This document shows positions 9,814 through 18,922 of a stretch of DNA of 64,000 nucleotides, piece after piece. Under the pieces are notes generated by a model, which searched no databases, had not been told where the DNA came from, and saw nothing but the letters and a program-made list of their open reading frames with translations. Position 1 is the stretch's first letter; every line of letters starts with the position of its first letter. The DNA is from Chloroflexota bacterium (GTDB lineage: Bacteria; Chloroflexota; UBA6077; JACCZL01): the NCBI GenBank assembly GCA_035637315.1, contig DASPXK010000303.1, positions 10,201-74,200 on the forward strand, given 5' to 3'. The position numbers and the translations under genes are program-made.

Positions 9814-10617
9814 CTAGTTGGGGAGGGCGGCTGGCCGCGGGCGCGGGCGCCGGTAGAGTTGGCGGATCTGCTCGCCGACTTTGAACGGCTCGGAACTGCC
9901 AGCCAGTCGGACCGCCTCGATGACTCGCTCCAGTGGGGGCAGGGCGCCCACTTCTTGCGTCAGGTCGGCGAGGAACTTGTCATACGCCTCGGTACCAAGC
10001 TCGCCCTCGACAGTGGCGCCAAGAAGGCTTTGGAGCTGGCTCCGCTCCACCTCCTCGCGGCGTCGCTCCTCTGCTCGCTGGCGGAGCCGCTCGGTGACCC
10101 CCGGCAGGCGGGGCGCGCCATCGTTTGGACCACCAAACCGCTGGCCGGGCCGCTGGCGCTCGCCGAATGGCGGCCGGCTGCCAATGGGCGGCCGCTGCGG
10201 GGCCGGCGCGCGGTCACCAGCGCGTGGTGGGGTGGGTGCGGGCCGACCAGCGGACGTTGGTCGGGTCTCGACCGGGGCGATCTCGCCGACAGGGAAGCGC
10301 TCGTCGCTTTCGGACTGCTCACCGCGGCGCCGAGCTCGATCTCCCGGCCCCGCCCGTGGACGCTCGCCGCGCTCAGCGCGGCGAGGCCGTGAACGTGGCC
10401 GCGGCGGCTGGTCGCCGCTTCGGCCCAGCTCGTCGTCGTAACCAGTCGCTCGACTCGGACGCTGGCGACGTCCGCCTGCCTCGCGGCGACTCTCAGGTCC
10501 CATCTCGACGACTACCGGCGGGCCCTCTTCCTCGACCGGGGCACTCGCCGGAGCGATCCCGAGCTCCTGGAGGTCCGCGAATTTCTCTAGCAGCGCTTCC
10601 TTGAGGCTTTTGGCCAT
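9814..10617 (-). CDS. hypothetical protein with Arg/Pro-rich disordered centre
   Basis: ATG at 10617 preceded by strong SD AAGGAGAGGGG; structured N-terminus (MAKSLKEALLEKFADLQELG) and C-terminus (..KFLADLTQEVGALPPLERVIEAVRLAG..). Confidence 0.5.
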   Translation of the reverse strand: MAKSLKEALLEKFADLQELGIAPASAPVEEEGPPVVVEMGPESRREAGGRRQRPSRATGYDDELGRSGDQPPRPRSRPRRAERGERPRAGPGDRARRRGEQSESDERFPVGEIAPVETRPTSAGRPAPTPPRAGDRAPAPQRPPIGSRPPFGERQRPGQRFGGPNDGAPRLPGVTERLRQRAEERRREEVERSQLQSLLGATVEGELGTEAYDKFLADLTQEVGALPPLERVIEAVRLAGSSEPFKVGEQIRQLYRRPRPRPAALPN

Positions 10618-11046
10618 CCCCTCTCCTTGTTGCACGAGGCGTGCCCAAGAAAGGCCGGGCTCTCGTGCCGACTCAGCTTGCTTCATGCCGGGCGGCGTGC
10701 GCCGCACAGCCCAATCAGCGTGGTCCGACGCGGCGGGTCAGAGTCCCAGTTCTCGCTAGCGTGCCCCTTCCCGCCGCGGGTGCAGGGGAAATGGCACAGG
10801 TCTGCCGATGCGGCAGGGTATTGCAGGCGGCGGGCCAGCCCTATGGGCAGACGGAGCAGTGAGGACGCCGTTCGTCATCGGACTCGCTATCGGCGGAATT
10901 CGCCAACACCTAGCGTATCAACGGCGCGGCATGCGCTCCACCGGGGTGTACGGGGCCGTTGAAGGGAAGGTCAAGCGCGGCGAACAGATGGGTCCCGGGG
11001 ATTAGCCGCGCCCATTATAGCGCAAACGAGACTTGCACGCTGCAAG

Positions 11047-11100
11047 ACAACGGGTTTCGGTTTCGAGTCGCGTGTTTGAACACGCAACTCGAAACTGGAA
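11047..11100. repeat. imperfect palindrome built from 7-nt units (GGTTTCG GTTTCGAG ... CGAAACT GGAAACT)
   Basis: Direct reading of sequence; in a roughly 490-bp non-coding gap. Confidence 0.5.
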
Positions 11101-11111
11101 ACTCACCAAAA

Positions 11112-11369
11112 TTATTCCAGCAAGCTGCCCAACTCGTGCTCGCCTTCCTCGCGCGGTCCGCTCTGGGAGACGCGGATCAGCTTGACGGTGTCTGGCTGCC
11201 CGGCTTCCGGCATGGCGGCCAGCCGCGAGACCAGGCGGCGGAGGACGAGCTGCGCGTCCTGGGCTCCATCGGTGAGGGTTCGGCCGCCCCAGGCGGCGTT
11301 GCCTATCCAGGAGCCGTCACGCAGCTCCTGCAAGTGCACGACGGCGGTTCGGGTGGGCGCTGCGGTCAT
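11112..11369 (-). CDS. hypothetical small protein (85 aa)
   Basis: MTAAPTRTAVVHLQELRDGSWIGNAAWGG...; protein-like composition; preferred over the overlapping plus-strand ORF 10959-11519. Confidence 0.35.
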   Translation of the reverse strand: MTAAPTRTAVVHLQELRDGSWIGNAAWGGRTLTDGAQDAQLVLRRLVSRLAAMPEAGQPDTVKLIRVSQSGPREEGEHELGSLLE

Positions 11370-11464
11370 CTTCACACACCCCCAGGATTCGTCGGGCGCC
11401 GCGCACATTGTATCCTGAAAGCCCCGTTCTTTACCGACATTTGGGCGCGAGGGCTCAAATCCCC

Positions 11465-11520
11465 CGACGGACGACGGACGATTGCCGATCGCCGATCGCC
11501 GATCGCCGATCGCCGATGAG
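11465..11520. repeat. direct tandem heptamer array (CGACGGA x2, CGATCGC x4, and variants; 8 units)
   Basis: Direct reading of sequence; 70 nt upstream of the citrate synthase start. Confidence 0.8.
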
Positions 11521-11592
11521 GCGTATACTTTCACGGCCGGGCCGGGAATCTGTCTCCTTTCACCACCCTCAGGTCCGGGCGAGGAGCGTGAG

Positions 11593-12735
11593 ATGAGCGC
11601 CGAGGCGGAGCAGGTCAGCTCCGGACTGGAGGGCGTGCTAGCCTGCGAATCGTCCATCACCTATCTGGACGGCCTCCAGGATCCGAGCGTACTCGAGTAC
11701 CGCGGCTACAACATCCACGACATCGCCGAGACGGCCCGTTTCGAGGAGATCGTGTATCTCCTATTCGAGGGCCGACTTCCGAAGGCGGCCGAGCTCTCCG
11801 CCTTCGATGCGGAGCTGCGCGGCCTGCGCGACGTCCCGTCGGAGCTGATCCAGCTGCTGGAGATGGTGCCCACATACGCCCATCCGATGGCTGGCCTGCG
11901 GACGGCCATCTCGCTCCTGGCCTGCCTCGACCTCGACCAGGAAGCAGCTGGTCGCCAGGCGAACCTCCAGAAGGCCAAGCGGATGGTGGCCCAGTTCCCA
12001 ACCGTCGTCGCGGCCATGCACCGCGTCGGTCAGGGCCTGGACGTGCTGCCGCCCGACCCTGAGCAGGGCCATGCAGCCAACTACCTCTTCATGTTGACCG
12101 GCAAGCGCCATGACGAGCCGAACATCAGGGCTCTGGACACGGCCCTGAACCTGTACGCCGAGCACGAGCTAAACGCTTCGACCTTCGCACTGCGCGTAAC
12201 GGCTGGGACGTTGTCTGATATCTATTCGGCGGTCGTGTCCGGTATCTCGGCCCTCAAAGGCCCGCTCCACGGCGGCGCGATCGACGACGCGATGCGAATG
12301 ATCATAGAGATCGGGAGCGTCGAAAACGTACGCCCCTGGGTCGACCGAGCGCTGGCCGAGCGGCGTCTGCTGTCCGGCTTTGGCCACCGCGTGTACAAAA
12401 CCGGCGACGCGCGGGCCGTCCATCTCCGCAACATGGCCCACTCGCTGGCCGAGTCGACCGGTGAGCGGACCTGGTACGAGATCGCGGCGGCGAGCGAGGA
12501 GTACGTGCGCGAGCGCAAGCGGCTGCCAGCCAACGTCGACTACTACGCCGCTCCGGTCCTGTACTACCTCGGCTTCCCGCTCAGCCTGTTCACCAATTTC
12601 GTGGCCTCGAGCAGAGTGGCGGGCTGGTGCGCGCACGCGCTCGAGCAGTACGAGAATAACCGCTTGATCCGCCCGCGAGCCCGTTACGTTGGGCCGCGCC
12701 AACAGCCGTACGCTCCAGTAGGCAGTAGGCACTAG
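11593..12735 (+). CDS. citrate synthase family protein (citrate or 2-methylcitrate synthase)
   Basis: ATG 11593 with GAGGAG SD; hallmark GFGHRVYK..DAR and HGGA motifs; the ORF-track N-terminal extension is rejected. Confidence 0.85.
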   Translation: MSAEAEQVSSGLEGVLACESSITYLDGLQDPSVLEYRGYNIHDIAETARFEEIVYLLFEGRLPKAAELSAFDAELRGLRDVPSELIQLLEMVPTYAHPMAGLRTAISLLACLDLDQEAAGRQANLQKAKRMVAQFPTVVAAMHRVGQGLDVLPPDPEQGHAANYLFMLTGKRHDEPNIRALDTALNLYAEHELNASTFALRVTAGTLSDIYSAVVSGISALKGPLHGGAIDDAMRMIIEIGSVENVRPWVDRALAERRLLSGFGHRVYKTGDARAVHLRNMAHSLAESTGERTWYEIAAASEEYVRERKRLPANVDYYAAPVLYYLGFPLSLFTNFVASSRVAGWCAHALEQYENNRLIRPRARYVGPRQQPYAPVGSRH

Positions 12736-12771
12736 GCAGTAGGCAGTAGGCACTAGGCAGTAGGCAGTAGG
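12716..12771. repeat. direct tandem heptamer array (CAGTAGG/CACTAGG x8)
   Basis: Direct reading of sequence; contains the TAG stop (12733-12735) of citrate synthase and TAGs in all three frames. Confidence 0.85.
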
Positions 12772-12791
12772 TCGGCTCGGGGAGTGAGGGT

Positions 12792-14006
12792 ATGCCACAG
12801 GTAGCGGTACGGGCGGCGTTCTATCGAGGCGGGACGAGCCGCGCGGTCGTCTTTCGAGAGGCCGACCTGGCCGTGTATGGGGCCAGGGCGCAGGAGGCGA
12901 TCATCCTCGCCGCGCTGGGCAGCCCGGACCCGCACGGCCGCGAGATAGATGGCCTGGGGGGCGGGATTTCGTCGCTCAGCAAGGTCGCGATCGTCGGCCC
13001 AGCCCCAGCCGGCAGCGGGGCCGACGTAACATACCGCTTCGGCCAGGTGGACGTGGAACACCCGGCCGTGGAGTTCATGGGTACCTGCGGCAATATCTCG
13101 GCCGCGATCGGACCGTTCGCGATCGATGAAGGCATGCTCGCGCCGCGCGAGCCGGTGACTCCTGTCCGGGTGCTAGCGGTCAATACAGGGCAGTACTACG
13201 TGTGCCATGTGCCAGTTCGGGCTGGGCGGGCCGAGGTGGAAGGCGATTACACGATCGACGGAGTGCCGTCGCCTGGCGCAAGGATCAGGCTCGAGTTCCT
13301 GGAGCCGGGTGGCACGCTTGGGCGCGGGCTGCTGCCGACCGGCCGGACTCGCGAAACCGTCGAACTTGAGGACGGGCGAGCAGTCGAGGTCTCGATCGTG
13401 GACGCGGGCAACCCGATCGTGTTCCTTCGGGCGGCCGATCTCGGCGCGACTGGGAGTGAGCGCCCGGAGGAGATCGACGCGAATCGCCCGCTCTGCGAGA
13501 CGCTCGACGCGGTCCGCGATGAGGCCGCCGTGCGAGTTGGGTTGGCCTCGAGCCCAGCCGAGGCTCGCCAGCGTTCGAAGGCGATCCCGAAAGTGGTTAT
13601 GGTCGCGCCGCCGGCGAGCTACGAGACGACCGGCGGCTCGCGGGTCTCGCGAGGTGACGCGGACGTGCTGGCGCGGATGCTCTCGATGAGCAGGGCACAT
13701 CGGACTCTGGCCGCCACGGCGGGTTTCTGCACGGCTGTCGCCGCCTCGATCGACGAAACGCTCGTCGGCGAGATCGCGCGGCCTCGGCTCGACCCGGGCC
13801 GCGTCCTCCGGATCGGCCACGCGGCCGGCGTATTGGAGATCGGCGCTTCGGTCGAGTCGGGGTCTGAGGGCTGGCACGTGCGGAGTATCAGCACCTACCG
13901 TACCGCGCGCCGCATCATGGATGGGCAGGTCTACGTGCCCGAGCGCTACCTGAGCGGCGAAGCATGGTACCAGCGGGTCCGTGAGGCGGTCGCGGCGACT
14001 GGGTGA
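12792..14006 (+). CDS. PrpF/AcnD-accessory family isomerase (2-methylaconitate isomerase-like)
   Basis: 404 aa; N-terminal AAFYRGGTSRAVVF matches the PrpF MRGGTSKG motif. Confidence 0.8.
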   Translation: MPQVAVRAAFYRGGTSRAVVFREADLAVYGARAQEAIILAALGSPDPHGREIDGLGGGISSLSKVAIVGPAPAGSGADVTYRFGQVDVEHPAVEFMGTCGNISAAIGPFAIDEGMLAPREPVTPVRVLAVNTGQYYVCHVPVRAGRAEVEGDYTIDGVPSPGARIRLEFLEPGGTLGRGLLPTGRTRETVELEDGRAVEVSIVDAGNPIVFLRAADLGATGSERPEEIDANRPLCETLDAVRDEAAVRVGLASSPAEARQRSKAIPKVVMVAPPASYETTGGSRVSRGDADVLARMLSMSRAHRTLAATAGFCTAVAASIDETLVGEIARPRLDPGRVLRIGHAAGVLEIGASVESGSEGWHVRSISTYRTARRIMDGQVYVPERYLSGEAWYQRVREAVAATG

Positions 14007-14028
14007 GGCGAAGGTCTTGGCCGAGCGA

Positions 14029-16047
14029 ATGAACCTGACCCGGAAGTTAATAGCTTCGCACCTGGTGAGTGGCGCAATGGTGGCCGGCGAAGAGATCGGC
14101 CTGCGGATCGATCAGACACTGACTCAGGACGCGACCGGCACGCTGACGCACCTGATGTTCGAGGCCATGGGTCTGCCGCGGGTGAAGACGCGCCTGTCAG
14201 TCAGCTACGTCGACCACCAGTTGCTCCAGATCGACACTCGCAACGCCGATGACCACACTTACCTTCAGGACGTCGCTGCCAGGTATGGGATCTACTTCTC
14301 GCGGCCTGGTAATGGCATCTGCCACCAGGTCCATCTGGAGCGCTTCTCGGCGCCGGGTCAGACGTTGCTCGGCTCTGACAGCCACACGCCCACCTGCGGT
14401 GGAGTGGGCATGCTGGCGATCGGAGCCGGCGGACAGGACGTGGCCGGCGCCATGGCTGGACTGCCCTTCTACCTGCCGATGCCCAAAGTGCTGGCGATCG
14501 AGCTGCGGGGCAGATTGCGGCCCTGGGTCGCCTCCAAAGACGTCATCCTAGAGGTCCTGCGCCGCCTGACCGTCAAGGGGGGAGTGGGACGAACTTTCGA
14601 GTACACAGGCGCCGGGGCCTTGAGCCTGGAGGTCACGGACCGAGCGACGATCGCGAACATGGGCGCCGAAGCCGGGGCCACGACCTCCATCTTTGCCACC
14701 GACGAGAAGGCCTGCCGCTACTTCAAGGCCCAGCAGCGCGCAGAGCAGTTCAAGCTGGTCGGTCCGGACGCAGACGCGGAGTATGACGAGCGAATGGTGA
14801 TCGACCTCGACTCGCTCGAGCCGCTGATCGCTCGACCGCACAGCCCGGATAACGTGGTGCCGGTCCGCGAGCTTGCCGGGCTGCCGGTGGACCAGGTGGC
14901 GGTCGGAAGCTGCACGAACTCGTCATTCCAGGACCTGATGACGATCGCCGACACACTCAGGGGGAGGACCGTTCATCCCAGGGTCAGCCTGGTCTGCAGT
15001 CCGGGCTCCCGGCAGGTCTACGAGATGATCGCGGCCAACGGCGCGCTGGCCGACCTGATCGCGGCCGGCGCGCGGATGCTGGAGTCGGCGTGCGGTCCCT
15101 GTCCCGGGCTTGGTGCGGTGCCGCAGAGCGGGGCGGTCTCGCTTCGCTCGTTCAACCGCAACTTCGAGGGCCGTTGCGGCGCGCCCGGCGTCGATGTGTA
15201 CCTGAGCAGCCCGGTCGTCTGCGCGGCTGCCGCGATCGCCGGCGAGATCGTCGATCCTCGAACGCTCGATCGGTCGCCGGTCCGGGTCCGGTTGCCTCGC
15301 GCATATCAGGTCGACGATCGAATGATCATCCCACCGCCCGAGCGCCCCGAACAGGTCGAGATCCGACGGGGTCCAAACATCAAACCGATCCCGAAGCGGG
15401 GCCCGCTCGAGGACAGCCTGAAAGGCCGCGTCCTGCTCAAAATTGGCGACAATGTGAGCACCGACCACATCCTGCCAGCTCACGCCGACGTCCTCGCGCT
15501 GCGCTCGAACGTGCCTGCCATCTCGGAGCATGTCTTCAAGTTCGTCGACCCCGGCTTCGTCGGCCGCGCCAAGGCGCAGGGTGGCGGATTCGTCGTCGCG
15601 GGCGAGAACTACGGCCAGGGCTCGAGTCGAGAGCACGCTGCCCTCTCGCCCAGCTACCTCGGCGTGCAGGCTGTGATTGCCAGGGGTTTCGCCCGCATCC
15701 ACCGCGCCAACCTGATCAATTACGGTGTGCTGGCGCTGGCACTCGGCGACGAACGAGCGTACGAGCTACTCGATCAGGGCGACGAGCTGGAGATCCTCGG
15801 CGTCCGTTCGCTGATCAAAGGTGGGGCTTCCGAGATCGAGGTCAGAAACGTGACCAAGGGCCGCGCGTTCAAGACCTCAATCGAGGTGGGCGAGCGAGAG
15901 CGAGAGGTTCTCCTGGCGGGCGGCTTGCTCAACGCCGTGCGGACGGCGGACGACGAGCGACAGACGACGGACCCCCGACGCCAGACGACCGGCAATCAGC
16001 GGCAGCCTCATCGTCGATCGTCCGCCGTCAGGCGTCGGGACAGGTAG
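14029..16047 (+). CDS. aconitase-family dehydratase, fused LeuC-like plus LeuD-like domains
   Basis: ATG 14029; GSDSHT, CTNSS, SFNRNFEGR aconitase signatures; C-terminal swivel (LeuD-like) domain; about 670 aa. Confidence 0.8.
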   Translation: MNLTRKLIASHLVSGAMVAGEEIGLRIDQTLTQDATGTLTHLMFEAMGLPRVKTRLSVSYVDHQLLQIDTRNADDHTYLQDVAARYGIYFSRPGNGICHQVHLERFSAPGQTLLGSDSHTPTCGGVGMLAIGAGGQDVAGAMAGLPFYLPMPKVLAIELRGRLRPWVASKDVILEVLRRLTVKGGVGRTFEYTGAGALSLEVTDRATIANMGAEAGATTSIFATDEKACRYFKAQQRAEQFKLVGPDADAEYDERMVIDLDSLEPLIARPHSPDNVVPVRELAGLPVDQVAVGSCTNSSFQDLMTIADTLRGRTVHPRVSLVCSPGSRQVYEMIAANGALADLIAAGARMLESACGPCPGLGAVPQSGAVSLRSFNRNFEGRCGAPGVDVYLSSPVVCAAAAIAGEIVDPRTLDRSPVRVRLPRAYQVDDRMIIPPPERPEQVEIRRGPNIKPIPKRGPLEDSLKGRVLLKIGDNVSTDHILPAHADVLALRSNVPAISEHVFKFVDPGFVGRAKAQGGGFVVAGENYGQGSSREHAALSPSYLGVQAVIARGFARIHRANLINYGVLALALGDERAYELLDQGDELEILGVRSLIKGGASEIEVRNVTKGRAFKTSIEVGEREREVLLAGGLLNAVRTADDERQTTDPRRQTTGNQRQPHRRSSAVRRRDR

Positions 16048-16057
16048 GTGCGCCGGC

Positions 16058-17086
16058 GTGATGAACCAGCTGCCGGTCTTGCCAACCACCGTGGTCGGCT
16101 CGCACGGAAAGCCGAGCTGGTGGTACGTCGGCGTGCAGGCCCGCGAAGGGGGTGAGTGGGGCCCTGCCGACCTGGAGGAAATGCTCGACGACGCGGCCGA
16201 CACCGCGATTCGCGACATGGAGCGGGCCGGCGTCGACGTGATCAGCGACGGCGAGGTCCGCCGCCTGGACGGCTACGTCGACAGCTACTACGCGATAATC
16301 AAGAACATCGTCCCAACCGAGCCCCGTCGCAAGGCTGGGCCATGGGGCTACGACCAGCAGACCCGCTACGTGGCCGTGGGCCGGATCGAGGTGCCAGAGG
16401 GGGGTCTTGGGATCGTCGACGAGTTCAAGTACGCGCGCGCCCACACCGACAAGCCGCTCAAGGCGACGTGTGCCGGCCCGCTCACGTTTGGCTCCCGGAT
16501 CCACCCTGGTGACTACTACACAGGCGCGGTCGACGTCGCCGAGCGCTTCTGCGAGGTCATCAACGCCGAGCTAAAGGCCCTGGTCGCGGCCGGCGCGGAC
16601 TTCATTCAACTGGACGAGCCGGCGCGGGGACACGTCTCGGGCGAGGAGATGGCCCGCATGTACAACCTGGCGACTGAGGGGGTAAACGCCAAGCTGGCGT
16701 TCCACATCTGCTTTGGCAATCGCTTCGGACGAGCCCGGTTCAAGCGGACGTACGCCGACTATTTTCCCGCCGTCCTCGCGGCCCAGGCCGACCAGTTCGT
16801 GCTGGAGTTCGCGAGCCGAGAGCTGTCCGAGATCGACAAGGCCGGCGAGTGGCTGCGCGACCGGGAGGTCGGGGCTGGGCTGGTGGACGTCAAGTCGTTC
16901 TACCCGGAGACAGCGGAGGACGTGGCGGCTCGAATCCGGCGGGCGCTGCGGCACTTCAAGCCGGAGCAGGTCTGGATCAATCCGGACTGCGGCTTCGGCT
17001 GGAGCCCGCGCTACATGGCCAGGGGCAAGATCCAGTCGATGGCGGCCGGGGCGCGCATTGTCCGTGAGGAGCTCGAGGGGAGATAG
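16058..17086 (+). CDS. cobalamin-independent methionine synthase catalytic-domain-like protein (MetE core, about 340 aa)
   Basis: VVGSHGKPSWW.., FHICFGN, INPDCGF Zn-site-like motifs of the MetE C-terminal barrel; begins 11 nt after the aconitase stop. Confidence 0.75.
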   Translation: MMNQLPVLPTTVVGSHGKPSWWYVGVQAREGGEWGPADLEEMLDDAADTAIRDMERAGVDVISDGEVRRLDGYVDSYYAIIKNIVPTEPRRKAGPWGYDQQTRYVAVGRIEVPEGGLGIVDEFKYARAHTDKPLKATCAGPLTFGSRIHPGDYYTGAVDVAERFCEVINAELKALVAAGADFIQLDEPARGHVSGEEMARMYNLATEGVNAKLAFHICFGNRFGRARFKRTYADYFPAVLAAQADQFVLEFASRELSEIDKAGEWLRDREVGAGLVDVKSFYPETAEDVAARIRRALRHFKPEQVWINPDCGFGWSPRYMARGKIQSMAAGARIVREELEGR

Positions 17087-17098
17087 TCCCGCACTCAC

Positions 17099-18196
17099 GT
17101 GTACCGCTGTCCGGCCTGCGGGCGGGGGGTATCGGACGACGCGCTCGTCTGGCGCTGCGCGTGCGGCAGCCATCTCAACTACGAGGGCGCGCGACCGCTC
17201 CGACGTGCCGAGATCGTGTCTGATGAGCGCTCGCTCTGGCGATACGAGGCGGGGCTGCCGCTGGGGCGTTCTGACGCGGTCGCGTACTTCGGCGAAGGTC
17301 TGACCCCACTCCTGCCGGGCTTACGTGAGGCCGAGCCGTTCCTGTTCAAGTTGGAGTCCGTGCTGCCGAGCGGGTCGTTCAAGGACCGCGGTTCGGCGGT
17401 GCTGGTCAACGCGCTCGTGCGGCTCGGCGTGCAGGAGGTGGTCGAGGACTCGTCTGGCAATGCCGGAGCGTCGCTGGCATGCTACGCGGCGCGGGCCGGC
17501 ATCGACTGCGAGGTCTACACGCCCGAGTCCACCTCGCCCAGCAAGCTGGCTCAGATCGTCGCTCACGGCGCGCGGCTGGTCCAAATTCCTGGCCCGCGGG
17601 ATGAGACCGCGCGCGCGGTCCAGGAGGCCGCGACACGACGCTTTTACGCCAGCCATAACTGGCAACCGCTCTTCGTCGAGGGGGTCAAGACGCTGGGCTT
17701 CGAGCTCTGGGAGCAGCTCGGCCTTCGCGCGCCTGAGGGGATCGTGCTGCCGGTCGGGCTGGGCAGCGCGTTGCTGGGCTGCTTCCTCGCATTCCGTGGG
17801 CTTCAGTTAGCTGGCGAAGTCGATCGGCTGCCGCGCCTGTACGCGGTTCAGGCGGCCGCCTGCGCCCCGATCCACGCGGCTTTCCAGGCCGGCGCCGATG
17901 ATATTGCCCCGGTCGAGTGCGGCCGCTCGATCGCCGAGGGCGTGGCCACCAGCCGCCCGATTCGCCGCCGCGAGATACTGGCAGCTCTCCGAGATAGCGG
18001 CGGCGGCACCGCCGTGGCCGACGACGAGGAGATCGTGGCGGCCGGACGCGACCTGGCGGCCCAGGGCCTCTACGTCGAGCCGACCGCGGCGCTCGCATAC
18101 GCCGCCGCTCGCAAGTTGCTGGAGTCGGGAACCCTGCGCCCGGACCGGGCAAACGTTGTGGTCCTTACCGGAAGCGGGCTCAAACAGGGCCGGTGA
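17099..18196 (+). CDS. threonine-synthase-like fold-type-II PLP enzyme with N-terminal zinc ribbon
   Basis: CPACG..CACG ribbon; PLP-lysine motif SGSFKDRG; begins 13 nt after the upstream gene. Confidence 0.75.
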   Translation: MYRCPACGRGVSDDALVWRCACGSHLNYEGARPLRRAEIVSDERSLWRYEAGLPLGRSDAVAYFGEGLTPLLPGLREAEPFLFKLESVLPSGSFKDRGSAVLVNALVRLGVQEVVEDSSGNAGASLACYAARAGIDCEVYTPESTSPSKLAQIVAHGARLVQIPGPRDETARAVQEAATRRFYASHNWQPLFVEGVKTLGFELWEQLGLRAPEGIVLPVGLGSALLGCFLAFRGLQLAGEVDRLPRLYAVQAAACAPIHAAFQAGADDIAPVECGRSIAEGVATSRPIRRREILAALRDSGGGTAVADDEEIVAAGRDLAAQGLYVEPTAALAYAAARKLLESGTLRPDRANVVVLTGSGLKQGR

Positions 18197-18437
18197 CGCC
18201 CGCCCCTGAGGTTCCCGGCCGGCCGTTTCGAGGACCAGACCCTGTGCGAGACGCATTTGAGCATCTCCACAGATATCACGGTCTGGATCGCATAGTCGCC
18301 AGCAATCGACTGCACAAACTGAAGACGGCTAGTGGTCTCCGCGCTCAAGACGATGTGATAATTGGGCGAACAGGCGATGACTACGCCGCCAGGACGGGTG
18401 AACGACTCGGGAGCCTGACGGATCCTTCACTGGGCGG

Positions 18438-18701
18438 ATGCGGATGAGGAGCCAGCAGGCGGGTGAGTTCGCCGAGAATCTGAAATACGGTCATGTGTTC
18501 GCGATCGTTCAGGTCGATACGTTCTTCCGGCCCGACGTCGAGCCTCAGACGGCCATCACCGTGAAAACGGTGGCTTGGACACGGGAAGCGGCCGAGGCCG
18601 AGGTCGCCCGACTGAACCGCCTGAACGGCGACAAAGGGACAGTCTACTTCTGGCAGGTGACTCGCCTCGAGGCGAAAGCTGGGCAAGGGCGGACGGCATA
18701 G
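18438..18701 (+). CDS. hypothetical small protein
   Basis: 87-aa ORF; no family recognised. Confidence 0.3.
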   Translation: MRMRSQQAGEFAENLKYGHVFAIVQVDTFFRPDVEPQTAITVKTVAWTREAAEAEVARLNRLNGDKGTVYFWQVTRLEAKAGQGRTA

Positions 18702-18758
18702 TCAGTGTGTTGTTGCTGCGGAAGGCCTTTTGAACACCAGGTAGGTGAGGTCGCCTCG

Positions 18759-18922
18759 CTAGGCGCTCACGCTCACCAGCTCCCAGCCCTGCTCACCGTT
18801 GCTGTAATCGTATAGAGTGGGACCCTTCTCCAGTCCCGCAGCTCTTCGCCATTCACCCGCATTGGTCGCGGCTGGCCCCTTTCGTCGAGCGACCTAACGA
18901 AGACGTACTCCCAGCGCTGCAT
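18759..18922 (-). pseudogene. DUF4177-like small protein with apparent frameshift
   Basis: ATG 18922 with GGAAGGGAGGGG SD; MQRWEYVFVR...ELRDW in one frame, then ..YSNGEQGWELVSVSA* (family C-terminal signature) in the +1 frame; a G seems missing in TGGGAG. Confidence 0.5.

Noticed and set aside
9679-10392. 237-aa plus-strand ORF
   Set aside because: Antisense to the SD-supported minus-strand gene 9814-10617
10959-11519. 186-aa plus-strand ORF
   Set aside because: Gly-rich low-complexity translation; the minus-strand 85-aa ORF is more protein-like; the tail is the CGATCGC heptamer array translated
12716-12771. Possible CRISPR array (regular short repeats)
   Set aside because: The units are 7 bp and contiguous with no spacers; it is a microsatellite-like heptamer array, and the 11465 array is the same kind
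18193-18447. 84-aa ORF starting GTGA-overlapped with the ThrC-like stop
   Set aside because: Low-complexity sequence with no family or support; may be a chance open frame
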